DNA of 64,000 nt from Candidatus Parcubacteria bacterium (GTDB taxonomy: Bacteria > Patescibacteriota > Patescibacteriia > Patescibacteriales > UBA12075). The stretch lies in NCBI GenBank assembly GCA_963814275.1, contig CAWFCE010000002.1, positions 106,537 to 170,536 of the forward strand. Reading direction: 5' to 3'. Positions 8,240 to 16,797 of the stretch are shown here, in pieces. The position numbers were made by a program, and so were the translations under genes. The notes below the pieces were generated by a model. The model ran no database searches. It worked only from the letters and a program-made list of their open reading frames with translations, and was not told where the DNA came from. Positions within the stretch are counted from its first letter, which is position 1. Every line of letters begins with the position of its first letter.

Positions 8240-9835
8240 CTAGGGATAAATCAATTTAGGTCCCGTGACCGGGGTGTCGACATTATAAACGAAATTCCGG
8301 GTATCCTGGCCGTCGATACCCAGATTACCGGTGTTGTGGACAAAGCCTACCATGTCGATAAGCTCGCCCTGGAGCGACTCTCCGACAGTCAGGTTGTCCA
8401 CGAAGCATCCGATCTTGTACTCCTTAAGCTCTCCGGCATTGACCACTCCCCCGGGTAAAACCCCGAACGTTTTGCTGAGGTCATACCTGACGACAGAGCC
8501 ATCTGGAGTTTCGACCAGATGAGCCGGACCGCCGTAGCCATCCAATAAAGGCAGCTTGGCACTGCCCGGAGTAAAAATGTAAAAATCGGATACGGAGACG
8601 GCATTATAACCGCCTGATAAATTTGCCCCCTTCAACCTCAGGGTATAATTCGTAAGTTTCAGGGGTAATTTATCGCCGTCAACGTCTAGATTCGACGAGT
8701 CGCTGGACGCCACCGCATATGAAAATATCACTTGCGGCCCCCGCATTAACATCCGCTCGCCTGCATCGGTAGCGGCGATGTTGCCCGGCATGGCGCCGAC
8801 GATCGTGAATACCGGGGTCTGGATATCCGAATGGACATCGTAATAATAATTCCCGGTATCCGGATTCTCGATGTCAGACCGGACAATCTCGAACCGGAAC
8901 TGGTTCCCGGCCGTTGCCGTGGCAAAAGGCCCCGGACTGGCCGAGTAGTCGATCGAGCGGACCGAAACTACGAACCAAAGGTAAGTTACATCGGAAAACT
9001 CATATGACAAATTTTCCCAAGTTACTTGGCCATTCCAGTCGATGGTCGATGCACCGACTTTCTCTGTCATTGCTTCGTCGGTAAAAAGCATAATGGGGCC
9101 CAGGTCAGCGTTGGACGCGCTCAAGGTGTTTTTCATTGCCAAATCCCTGAGATTACCACGGCCGTTTTCCGCCCTGAGAACGACTCTTCCTACCAGGAAA
9201 GAAGTCCCGGCCAGAACGGTTTGCGGTTGACTGGCGCCCTCAAAATATATCCCGTAAGTCGGCTCCGGCAGCGCGTACGAGGCAACGTCATAAACCAATG
9301 TTGCTTCGTCTCTGAACTCGCGGCCTTTCTTATCCTCAAAAATGAATCTTTTGAGAATAATCCGGCTCTCGAACTCTTCCCATACGTCAAACTGCAATTG
9401 CATTACAAATAACGTATTGGGAGCCAGCCGAATATCGACTGAGTCCAGATCAAAACTTTGGTCGCCGAAAAGAAGTCGCAGATCGCTAATCGGCAAATCG
9501 TGGACGGCCTTCAAGCCCTTAAACCAAAGTTCCTCCGGGCCGGTGGAAATGGCGATCGAAACCGACTGCGCCTTATCGACATTAACTTCCCAAAGATGAG
9601 GCTGCTCGTAAGGCTCGGATACAGTGACTAACTGCTTCCGACTAAATTTCACGGCCAACTTTGCCAGATCCATACCATCCACATCGTAATCGTGGTTTTC
9701 GTCGAACCGTGACTGGACTCCTATTTGCCCGAAAACCTTGGAAAACTCGTTTAATCTAGCGCTATTTGCCATGGCCAAAGTTGAAAAACCGACAATAGCA
9801 ACAACCGCCAAAACGATTCCCATGAGTCTTTTCAT
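8240..9835 (-). CDS. Secreted hypothetical protein
   Basis: Signal peptide MKRLMGIVLAVVAIVGFSTLAMA; 531 aa with no family I recognise. Confidence 0.75.
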   Translation of the reverse strand: MKRLMGIVLAVVAIVGFSTLAMANSARLNEFSKVFGQIGVQSRFDENHDYDVDGMDLAKLAVKFSRKQLVTVSEPYEQPHLWEVNVDKAQSVSIAISTGPEELWFKGLKAVHDLPISDLRLLFGDQSFDLDSVDIRLAPNTLFVMQLQFDVWEEFESRIILKRFIFEDKKGREFRDEATLVYDVASYALPEPTYGIYFEGASQPQTVLAGTSFLVGRVVLRAENGRGNLRDLAMKNTLSASNADLGPIMLFTDEAMTEKVGASTIDWNGQVTWENLSYEFSDVTYLWFVVSVRSIDYSASPGPFATATAGNQFRFEIVRSDIENPDTGNYYYDVHSDIQTPVFTIVGAMPGNIAATDAGERMLMRGPQVIFSYAVASSDSSNLDVDGDKLPLKLTNYTLRLKGANLSGGYNAVSVSDFYIFTPGSAKLPLLDGYGGPAHLVETPDGSVVRYDLSKTFGVLPGGVVNAGELKEYKIGCFVDNLTVGESLQGELIDMVGFVHNTGNLGIDGQDTRNFVYNVDTPVTGPKLIYP

Positions 9836-10115
9836 GTCTTCTCCCTTCTTCTTTTGAGTTGTTTTTTATGAACGATGATCAACATAATTACCCAAAACTT
9901 AGTCCAATTATAATATAATTCTACTAATATTAGGGTAATTATGTAAAAATATATTTTAAAAACCAGAATTAGATATATTAGCATTATTTTATCTATTTGT
10001 CAAGCTAAAATAATTAAACTGATTGACAATATTTAGTTTATATGTTATTAATTATTAATTAACCTAATTATTCTAAAGTATAAAAATAAAACACAAAAAC
10101 AGAAAGGAATTAAAA

Positions 10116-10637
10116 ATGAACGACTATCGAAAAAACCCCTGGTATTGGCCACTAATAGTAGTTGATGTGTTATTGGTCGTGTTTGTTCTTTACATGGTCG
10201 GTCAAAAGTATTGGCTAAATTTTTTACCGGACATCGGATTAACGGAAATCATTATTATATCACCGCTATTTATAGCCGTAATTATTTTCTACAGGCTGTA
10301 TATCGGCTACAAACCGCCACAGAAGCGCTGGTATCCGAGATTCCGCGTCAAATTGCGGAGCCTACGGAAAATAGCAAACAAAATCTCCGACGTCCATCTG
10401 GCAATAATTTTTGCCCTAATGTTGATAGGCGCTGGGTTTACCAATTTCGTACAAATCGCCTATATGTACGAAAAAATCAATATCGGCGCAGATCCATTTA
10501 CGTCAGCCATGGCTGGCGGTCCGTTCATCGCCGGAGCCGCAATCCTGCTTTTTCTTGTCATTCGATGGCAAAAAAAGCGGGATAAATATCTGACCCGTTT
10601 ATATCGCCCGACCAGAATGTTGTCGGAGCGTAAATAA
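10116..10637 (+). CDS. Hypothetical membrane protein
   Basis: SD GAAAGGAA upstream and four hydrophobic segments. The overlapping 124-aa frame is less plausible. Confidence 0.6.
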   Translation: MNDYRKNPWYWPLIVVDVLLVVFVLYMVGQKYWLNFLPDIGLTEIIIISPLFIAVIIFYRLYIGYKPPQKRWYPRFRVKLRSLRKIANKISDVHLAIIFALMLIGAGFTNFVQIAYMYEKINIGADPFTSAMAGGPFIAGAAILLFLVIRWQKKRDKYLTRLYRPTRMLSERK

Positions 10638-10952
10638 TGACAATAAAAACGAACCGGTACTTGCCCTTTGCGCAAGTACCGGTTTTACTTTTTTGCCGTA
10701 AAATATACCTTAAGCCTATCTGTCGTCTGTCATCTGTTTATTTACAATTTGACTTTAACCTTATTATTAGTCAAGATTATAAATAGACACATAATTTATA
10801 GCATACGGCTTATTATTGCGTAATAAATCAATATCATATATAAATGTGAAAATGACAAAAAACGGACAGCGCCAAGTAAAAATATGTTTTCACCGTGCTA
10901 TCTGCTAACTGTTAACTAATTAACCTGCCAGCTATCAATTCCGTATAATCAC

Positions 10953-11801
10953 ATGAATTTTCTCCACACTTTCACGCCCAATCCCATCTTGATAAACATT
11001 GGCCCGCTTACGATCTACTGGTACGGGCTGTTTATCGTTTCCGGCATCCTGGCCGCCACCCTGATAACTCTCAGGCTGGCCGGACGGGCCGGCGTCAAGA
11101 AAGACACGATGGTCGATCTCATCTTCTGGGCGATCATCGCCGGCATGGTCGGCGCCCGCTTATACCATGTTATATTGGAGTTGCCGTACTATCTGGCCAA
11201 TCCCCTCGATGTCTTCAAGGTTTGGCAAGGCGGGCTGGCGATACACGGCGCCATAATCGGCGGACTGCTGACAGTCTGGCTCATGAGCCGGAAACGGTCG
11301 CTCGACTTCTGGCTCTTAACCGCCCTGACCGTGCCGGGACTGGCCCTGGCGCAGGCGATCGGCCGCTGGGGTAATTATTTCAACCAGGAGCTTTTCGGCA
11401 GACCGACCGATCAGCCGTGGGGCATACCGATCGCTTTGCCGCACCGGCCGTTCGTATATCTCAATGCCGACTATTTCCAGCCGGCCTTCCTCTACGAGTC
11501 AGCCGGTAATCTTCTGATATTCGTGGTATTGATCCTCGGCTACCGTTTTTTGCAAAACACCAAGGCAAAAAACCCCGCGATCTACGATCTGCGCTACCGG
11601 ATCATGACTCTGGGCTATCTATTCCTTTATTCCACCCTCCGTTTTATCATGGAATTCATCCGGATCGACCCGGCTTATTCATACTTTGGCCTGCGCCTGC
11701 CGCAATACGTCTGCCTCCTGACCATGCTGGGGGTAATTATATATTTTGCCATAATTTATCGCTTAAATAAGAATAAACCGGCCGCCCTTGCCAAGGAATG
11801 A
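10953..11801 (+). CDS. lgt: Prolipoprotein diacylglyceryl transferase
   Basis: GPLTIYWYGLFIVSG and GRWGNYFNQELFGRPTDQPWGI motifs. Confidence 0.92.
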   Translation: MNFLHTFTPNPILINIGPLTIYWYGLFIVSGILAATLITLRLAGRAGVKKDTMVDLIFWAIIAGMVGARLYHVILELPYYLANPLDVFKVWQGGLAIHGAIIGGLLTVWLMSRKRSLDFWLLTALTVPGLALAQAIGRWGNYFNQELFGRPTDQPWGIPIALPHRPFVYLNADYFQPAFLYESAGNLLIFVVLILGYRFLQNTKAKNPAIYDLRYRIMTLGYLFLYSTLRFIMEFIRIDPAYSYFGLRLPQYVCLLTMLGVIIYFAIIYRLNKNKPAALAKE

Positions 11802-11910
11802 TTTACATGTTATATTATCCAAGTGCTTTCACACTATTAATATCGATTATTAAATTACCGAAATTACTATGCCCCGCGGCATACTATATTGACGGATAAA
11901 TTTCATAACT

Positions 11911-12195
11911 ATGCCTAATACCAAATCGGCAAAAAAAGAATTGCGTAAAGGCGCTAAACGCGCGGTTTACAACAAAAAGATCAGCGATAACCTGAAAAAT
12001 CTGGCCAAAAAAAGCCGCAAAGCGATCGCGGCCAAAGACGATAAGGCAAAGACTCTGGTCAGCGACACCATGAAGGCGCTCGACAAAGCGGCGCAAAAAG
12101 GCGTGATCAAAAAAAATACCCGCGACCGGAAAAAATCGCGCTTGCATCTAAGCCTCAATAAAACCCTAAAGGAAGCAAAAGGCGCTACCCGCTAA
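11911..12195 (+). CDS. rpsT: 30S ribosomal protein S20
   Basis: MPNTKSAKKELRKGAKRAVYNKK...; 94 aa and basic. Confidence 0.92.
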   Translation: MPNTKSAKKELRKGAKRAVYNKKISDNLKNLAKKSRKAIAAKDDKAKTLVSDTMKALDKAAQKGVIKKNTRDRKKSRLHLSLNKTLKEAKGATR

Positions 12196-12411
12196 TACGG
12201 GTAAACAAAAAAACTGTTGGCATCGGACTATTCCGATATAACAGTTTTTTTGTTTTTTTATTCCCTTACGGGATATTCCAGGCTCTAAAATTTTCCGGTA
12301 CCGGATTAAATATTGCTCTTTTTAATCCTCATGAATCAAGAATCCCGAGTCAGCTCGGGATTTTTGGTTTTTATCACCGTACGAACGCAAAAAATGGAGC
12401 GGCAAAAAAAA

Positions 12412-13416
12412 TTAAATTTTCGCGATCAACAGGCTAAGCCCCGATTTGGCATCGGCCCTCCCTGTTTTCATCCGATAATCGATCGCCACCAATTCGTTCA
12501 TTATCGCCTTGAGCGTTTCCAAGGGAAAATTGCGTACCTGGGCAGTTGCCTTCTGAATCACGAAGGGGTGAAGCTTCAAGAGCGACAACATTTTCCGGTT
12601 TGTATGGCCCTGATTCAGGGCCTCCCGCACCTGGAGCAGGATCCTGAACTGCCGGGTGATCATGGTAATGAGATAGCTCTCGGTAACACCCGCCTCGATC
12701 TCCTGCTCGAATAGCTTAAGCGCCAATGATTTATTCTTCTGGCTGATGGCATCAGTCAAGGCAAAAATATTCTCATCCGCGCTGCCGCGGACCAGGTTGT
12801 CGACATCCGCCACCTCGATCAAAACCTCCTGGCCATCCGCCAATAACTCGGGCTGTTGCCCGCGCTTGAAGTTGACCAGCTTATTCACTTCGTTGGATAT
12901 CCGCCACAGATCGGAGCCGAAAAGCGAGACCAAATGGACCGCCGCTTCATTGCGGATCGACCCACCCCTCTCCCCGACCGCCCGCTTAACCCATTCCGCC
13001 GCTTGGGTATTCGATAACGGCTTGAAATCCTGGACGAACTGCTGCTTCAAGAGTAATTTGAACAGTTTATTGGCTTTATGCTTTTCGCCGCCGATCCCAT
13101 CCCGGAATACTATGATATTGTCATCGGCCGATTTGCCTTTGGCGTTCTTCTCTTTTTTCCGGAAATAATCGAAAATCGCGTCCTGGACTGTCTTGCTTTT
13201 ATTTTCGAATATGCCGTCAATCACTATCATGCGCCGCTTGGCAAAAAGCGAAGGCGCCGCCACGGCTTCGTTGAATTTGTCCAAAGTGGTTTTTCCACCG
13301 TCAATCATAACCACGCTGTTTCCGCTCGGATCAACATCGCGGATGAATTTATCTCTTAACTCCTTCAATTTTTCCCGGCTTCGGTACGTATCCTCACCGT
13401 ATAAAAAAATTATCAT
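12412..13416 (-). CDS. holA: DNA polymerase III delta subunit
   Basis: MIIFLYGEDTYRSREKLKELRDKF start, and length and layout typical of HolA. Confidence 0.8.
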   Translation of the reverse strand: MIIFLYGEDTYRSREKLKELRDKFIRDVDPSGNSVVMIDGGKTTLDKFNEAVAAPSLFAKRRMIVIDGIFENKSKTVQDAIFDYFRKKEKNAKGKSADDNIIVFRDGIGGEKHKANKLFKLLLKQQFVQDFKPLSNTQAAEWVKRAVGERGGSIRNEAAVHLVSLFGSDLWRISNEVNKLVNFKRGQQPELLADGQEVLIEVADVDNLVRGSADENIFALTDAISQKNKSLALKLFEQEIEAGVTESYLITMITRQFRILLQVREALNQGHTNRKMLSLLKLHPFVIQKATAQVRNFPLETLKAIMNELVAIDYRMKTGRADAKSGLSLLIAKI

Positions 13417-13700
13417 AAGTGATATGTATCCATATTAAGCGTTAACCCCTGTTTTTCTATAATTTAATCTATTAAGATATTATAATAAATACTTATTGTA
13501 ACGATTTCATGTTTTTTACGTATATTATATATAATCCTAAAATAAAATATCCGCGTTCAATCCGCGTAGTTATCCGCGCCTGCTGCCGGCAGGCAGGTTT
13601 TATCCGCGGCAACATCATTAATATATAATCAATCTTTAAATAATAATAAAACAATACACAATAAAATTTACTATTTTAATCTTATGATAAAATCAAGATT

Positions 13701-13865
13701 ATATCAAATCGATAGTCGGCATATGAGCCCGGTAGGCAAAACCGGCGCTTGTTTGCGCGCGTGCCCATCCGGCCGGACTTTGATCGATTTGATATAATTC
13801 ATATTTATCCTCCCATAAATCGATAGCCCTGCCGGGTCGGCAGGGTATTTTGATAGGAGGATAAA
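13701..13865 (+). promoter_or_regulatory. Structured 5' leader (riboswitch/attenuator-like) of the GNAT gene
   Basis: A perfect 13-bp inverted repeat atatcaaatcgat (13701-13713) / atcgatttgatat (13783-13795) encloses nested GC hairpins. The terminator-like hairpin ccctgcc-gggtc-ggcaggg (13827-13845) is followed by tatttt. The anti-SD atcctccc (13807-13814) faces the SD aggagga (13855-13861). Confidence 0.45.
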
Positions 13866-14411
13866 ATGAAAGAGAGAATAATATTTCTTAGCGGCGCCAG
13901 GATCGACCTTTGTCTCCTGGACAAGGAACTGCACTTTCAAAAATGTATGGCGTGGTTCAATGACCATGCTATCACCGAAAGACTGATCGTTGGCTTGTTT
14001 CCGGTGAATATAGGCGCGGAAACGGAATGGTTCGACAAACTGCACGCGCGCCTGGATGATATCGTGCTGGCGATACATAAAAAAAATGGCGACCATATCG
14101 GCAACACCGGCCTGCATCTGAAGGACCGGTATGCGCGGGTAGCCGAACAGGGCACCGTGATCGGCAAAAAGACCGAATGGCGCCAGGGCTATGCCACGGA
14201 AGCCAAGATCATGATCATGAATTACGGCTTCAAGCGGCTGGGGCTCAACCGTATCTATGTCCAGGTATTCGCGGATAATATCGCCAGCCTCCGGGCCAAC
14301 GAAAAAGTCGGCCTGAAAAAAGAGGGAGTGCTCCGCCAGCACATTTACAAAAACGGCATTTATAACGATGTGGTCATTATGAGCGCGCTAAAAGAAGAAT
14401 GGCTGCACTAA
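13866..14411 (+). CDS. GNAT family N-acetyltransferase (RimJ/RimL-like)
   Basis: WRQGYATEAKIMIMNYGFKRLGLNRIYVQVFADNIASLRANEKVGLKKEG acetyl-CoA binding core. Confidence 0.88.
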   Translation: MKERIIFLSGARIDLCLLDKELHFQKCMAWFNDHAITERLIVGLFPVNIGAETEWFDKLHARLDDIVLAIHKKNGDHIGNTGLHLKDRYARVAEQGTVIGKKTEWRQGYATEAKIMIMNYGFKRLGLNRIYVQVFADNIASLRANEKVGLKKEGVLRQHIYKNGIYNDVVIMSALKEEWLH

Positions 14412-14573
14412 ACCAATGAAACCCGCCGACCCGAAAAGAAATAACCGCCCTAACCTTATTGGGCGGTTTTTCAATTTCCGCGATACGACCAAATTCTATT
14501 TTATTTAAAATGTACCGCAATTATATCAAGATATTACCCGTGCCTTCTCTATAAAAATTTTTCGCCTGCAGGA

Positions 14574-15377
14574 TTATAACTCTACTTTTTCGATATCGGT
14601 AAATTTAATTTTTAAGTATTTGCTGCTGACCCGATCAAAAAAATCACATTTTTCCGTAGTTAATATTTTTACATGGCCGTTTTTCTTTCGTGTTAAATCA
14701 AGCTCAGTATGCCGGGACAAATAATCCGACAAACTGGCTGCGACTATTTCACCGGGATTAAGGATCAGGCAGTTTTTTGGCATAACCCTTTTTATGTCCT
14801 TAAGCATGACCGGATAGTGCGTGCAGGCCAAAAGTAAAGCGTCGATACTCCTATGTTTAAGGGGGCGCAAATAACTCCGTAAGATCATTTTGGCCTCCGG
14901 CCTGTCTATTTCGCCCTCTTCGATCAAAGGGACTAACAAGGGGGCGCTTTGCTGAAATACAGTTATATTTTTATTTAGTTTCAATAATTCCTTTTCATAA
15001 GCCCGGGAATTGATTGTCGCTTTCGTGCCGATAACCCCCACCCTCTTGATCATTTCATTAGCCGCAGCCGCCTCCACTAGCGGCCGGATAACGCCCAGTA
15101 TTTTCCGGCCGGGAAATGCGGCCAGGTCATTTTGTTGGATCATTCTCAACGCTTGCGCAGAGGCGGTATTACAGGCAATAATAATCAATTGGCAACCTCG
15201 ATCAAACAAAAAATCCACCGCTTCCTTAGTGTAGCGATAGATCGTTTCCGAAGATCGGCCACCATACGGCGCCCTGGCATTATCCCCCAAATACAGATAA
15301 TCATAATACGGCAGTTGCTTATTCAAATGCGACAAAATATTCAAACCGCCAAAGCCGGAGTCAAAAACACCGATCAT
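14574..15377 (-). CDS. murI: Glutamate racemase
   Basis: IGVFDSGFGGL, IIACNTASA and ACTHYP motifs. Confidence 0.93.
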   Translation of the reverse strand: MIGVFDSGFGGLNILSHLNKQLPYYDYLYLGDNARAPYGGRSSETIYRYTKEAVDFLFDRGCQLIIIACNTASAQALRMIQQNDLAAFPGRKILGVIRPLVEAAAANEMIKRVGVIGTKATINSRAYEKELLKLNKNITVFQQSAPLLVPLIEEGEIDRPEAKMILRSYLRPLKHRSIDALLLACTHYPVMLKDIKRVMPKNCLILNPGEIVAASLSDYLSRHTELDLTRKKNGHVKILTTEKCDFFDRVSSKYLKIKFTDIEKVEL

Positions 15378-16711
15378 AAGTATTTTTTTAATTCCTCTTT
15401 GAACAGATCGCCCCGTTCTTTATAGTTTTTGAAAATGCCGAAACTGGCGCAACCCGGGGACAGAAGGATGATATCGCCGGATCGGGCCTGGGCGCGGGCG
15501 ATCCGCATCGCATCGGGCATGCTCATTGCCAAGGCAATGTTTTTTTTCGGAAAACCGGCTGTCTTGAGCTCGGACTCTATCCTGGGTGTGGCCTTGCCGT
15601 CGAATAACACCATGAATTTAACCCGGTCTACCGCCTCCCTGGCGAATTGCCCGAAATCCGCTCCCTTGTCCGCCCCGCCCGCCAAAAGGATAATCGGATT
15701 ATCGAACGAACGCAGAGCGGTAATTGCCGCTTCCGGGGTCGTCGCAAAACTGTCGTCATAATATTTGATTCCGTTGCTCTCTCCGGCTAATTCGATGCGA
15801 TGGGGCAGGCCGCGAAATTTCTTGGCTGCTTTCTTGATCACCTGGATCTTGACGCCCGCGGCAAACACCGCCGCAGCGGCGGCGGCGATGTTTTCTTTGT
15901 TGTGGCCCCCAACCAGGCGCGAAGAAAAATCGACGCTGTCAAAATATATTTTTTTACCCTTCCCGAGGTCGAAACGGCCGCGCTTGCCGGGTGAAACGGC
16001 GAATTTGATCTTTTTATTGAATATCGCGATATCACCACTGGTCTGATATTTCACGATGTTGAGCTTAGCCTGCTGATAATCCGCTTCGCTCAAATGGTAA
16101 TTCGGATTGATCGGATCCGCCGGCTGCAAATGTTCGTGCATCAGGTTGGTAATTACGGCAATATGCGGGCTGGCTTCAAGGTCTTCCAGCTGAAAACTGG
16201 AAAGCTCAAGTACTACCCAGCCATCCGGTTTCACCTGGTCATAAAAATCGAATATCGGCGTACCGATATTGCCGCCCAAAAAGGCAGCCAGCCCGGCCAA
16301 GGATAGCATATCCGTGATAAGTCCGGAGGTCGTACCCTTGCCTTTGGAACCGGTTACGCCGATGGTATTGCCGGTTGGCGGAAATTCGAAAAACAACTTC
16401 GTCGGCGAGGTTATTTCCGCTCCCGCTTTGGCCGCTAGTTTAAGCGGCGGCGAAAACAAAGGATAGCCGGGAACACGGAAAATGAGGTCAAAATCGGACA
16501 AATCCTTGTCATAGTCCGGTCCCAGACGCCAATCGACAAACGGTAGTTCAAATTCAGGATGAAGCAGATGCAAATCCTTCAACGCATCGCAAATCGTAAT
16601 CCGGCAATCGGCCCGATGCTTGATAAGCCAGTTTACCAAAGCGACGTTCTCGCTTCCGCAGCCCAGCATCGCGATTTTTTTGTTTCTGAATTTTTTCAAA
16701 ATATTATCCAT
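15374..16711 (-). CDS. murD: UDP-N-acetylmuramoyl-L-alanine--D-glutamate ligase
   Basis: GVTGSKGKGTTS P-loop and Mur ligase layout; 4-nt overlap with murI. Confidence 0.92.
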   Translation of the reverse strand: MDNILKKFRNKKIAMLGCGSENVALVNWLIKHRADCRITICDALKDLHLLHPEFELPFVDWRLGPDYDKDLSDFDLIFRVPGYPLFSPPLKLAAKAGAEITSPTKLFFEFPPTGNTIGVTGSKGKGTTSGLITDMLSLAGLAAFLGGNIGTPIFDFYDQVKPDGWVVLELSSFQLEDLEASPHIAVITNLMHEHLQPADPINPNYHLSEADYQQAKLNIVKYQTSGDIAIFNKKIKFAVSPGKRGRFDLGKGKKIYFDSVDFSSRLVGGHNKENIAAAAAAVFAAGVKIQVIKKAAKKFRGLPHRIELAGESNGIKYYDDSFATTPEAAITALRSFDNPIILLAGGADKGADFGQFAREAVDRVKFMVLFDGKATPRIESELKTAGFPKKNIALAMSMPDAMRIARAQARSGDIILLSPGCASFGIFKNYKERGDLFKEELKKYL

Positions 16712-16797
16712 ATAATTTCACGCGAATGTACAAATCGGCTACAAATTTACTCTTCTATACTCAAAAAAATCAATTTATTTGTTATCAATCCAAAATC

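Noticed and set aside
13704-14342. 212-aa minus-strand ORF
   Set aside because: It is antisense to the GNAT gene and extends into the structured leader. It has no motifs.
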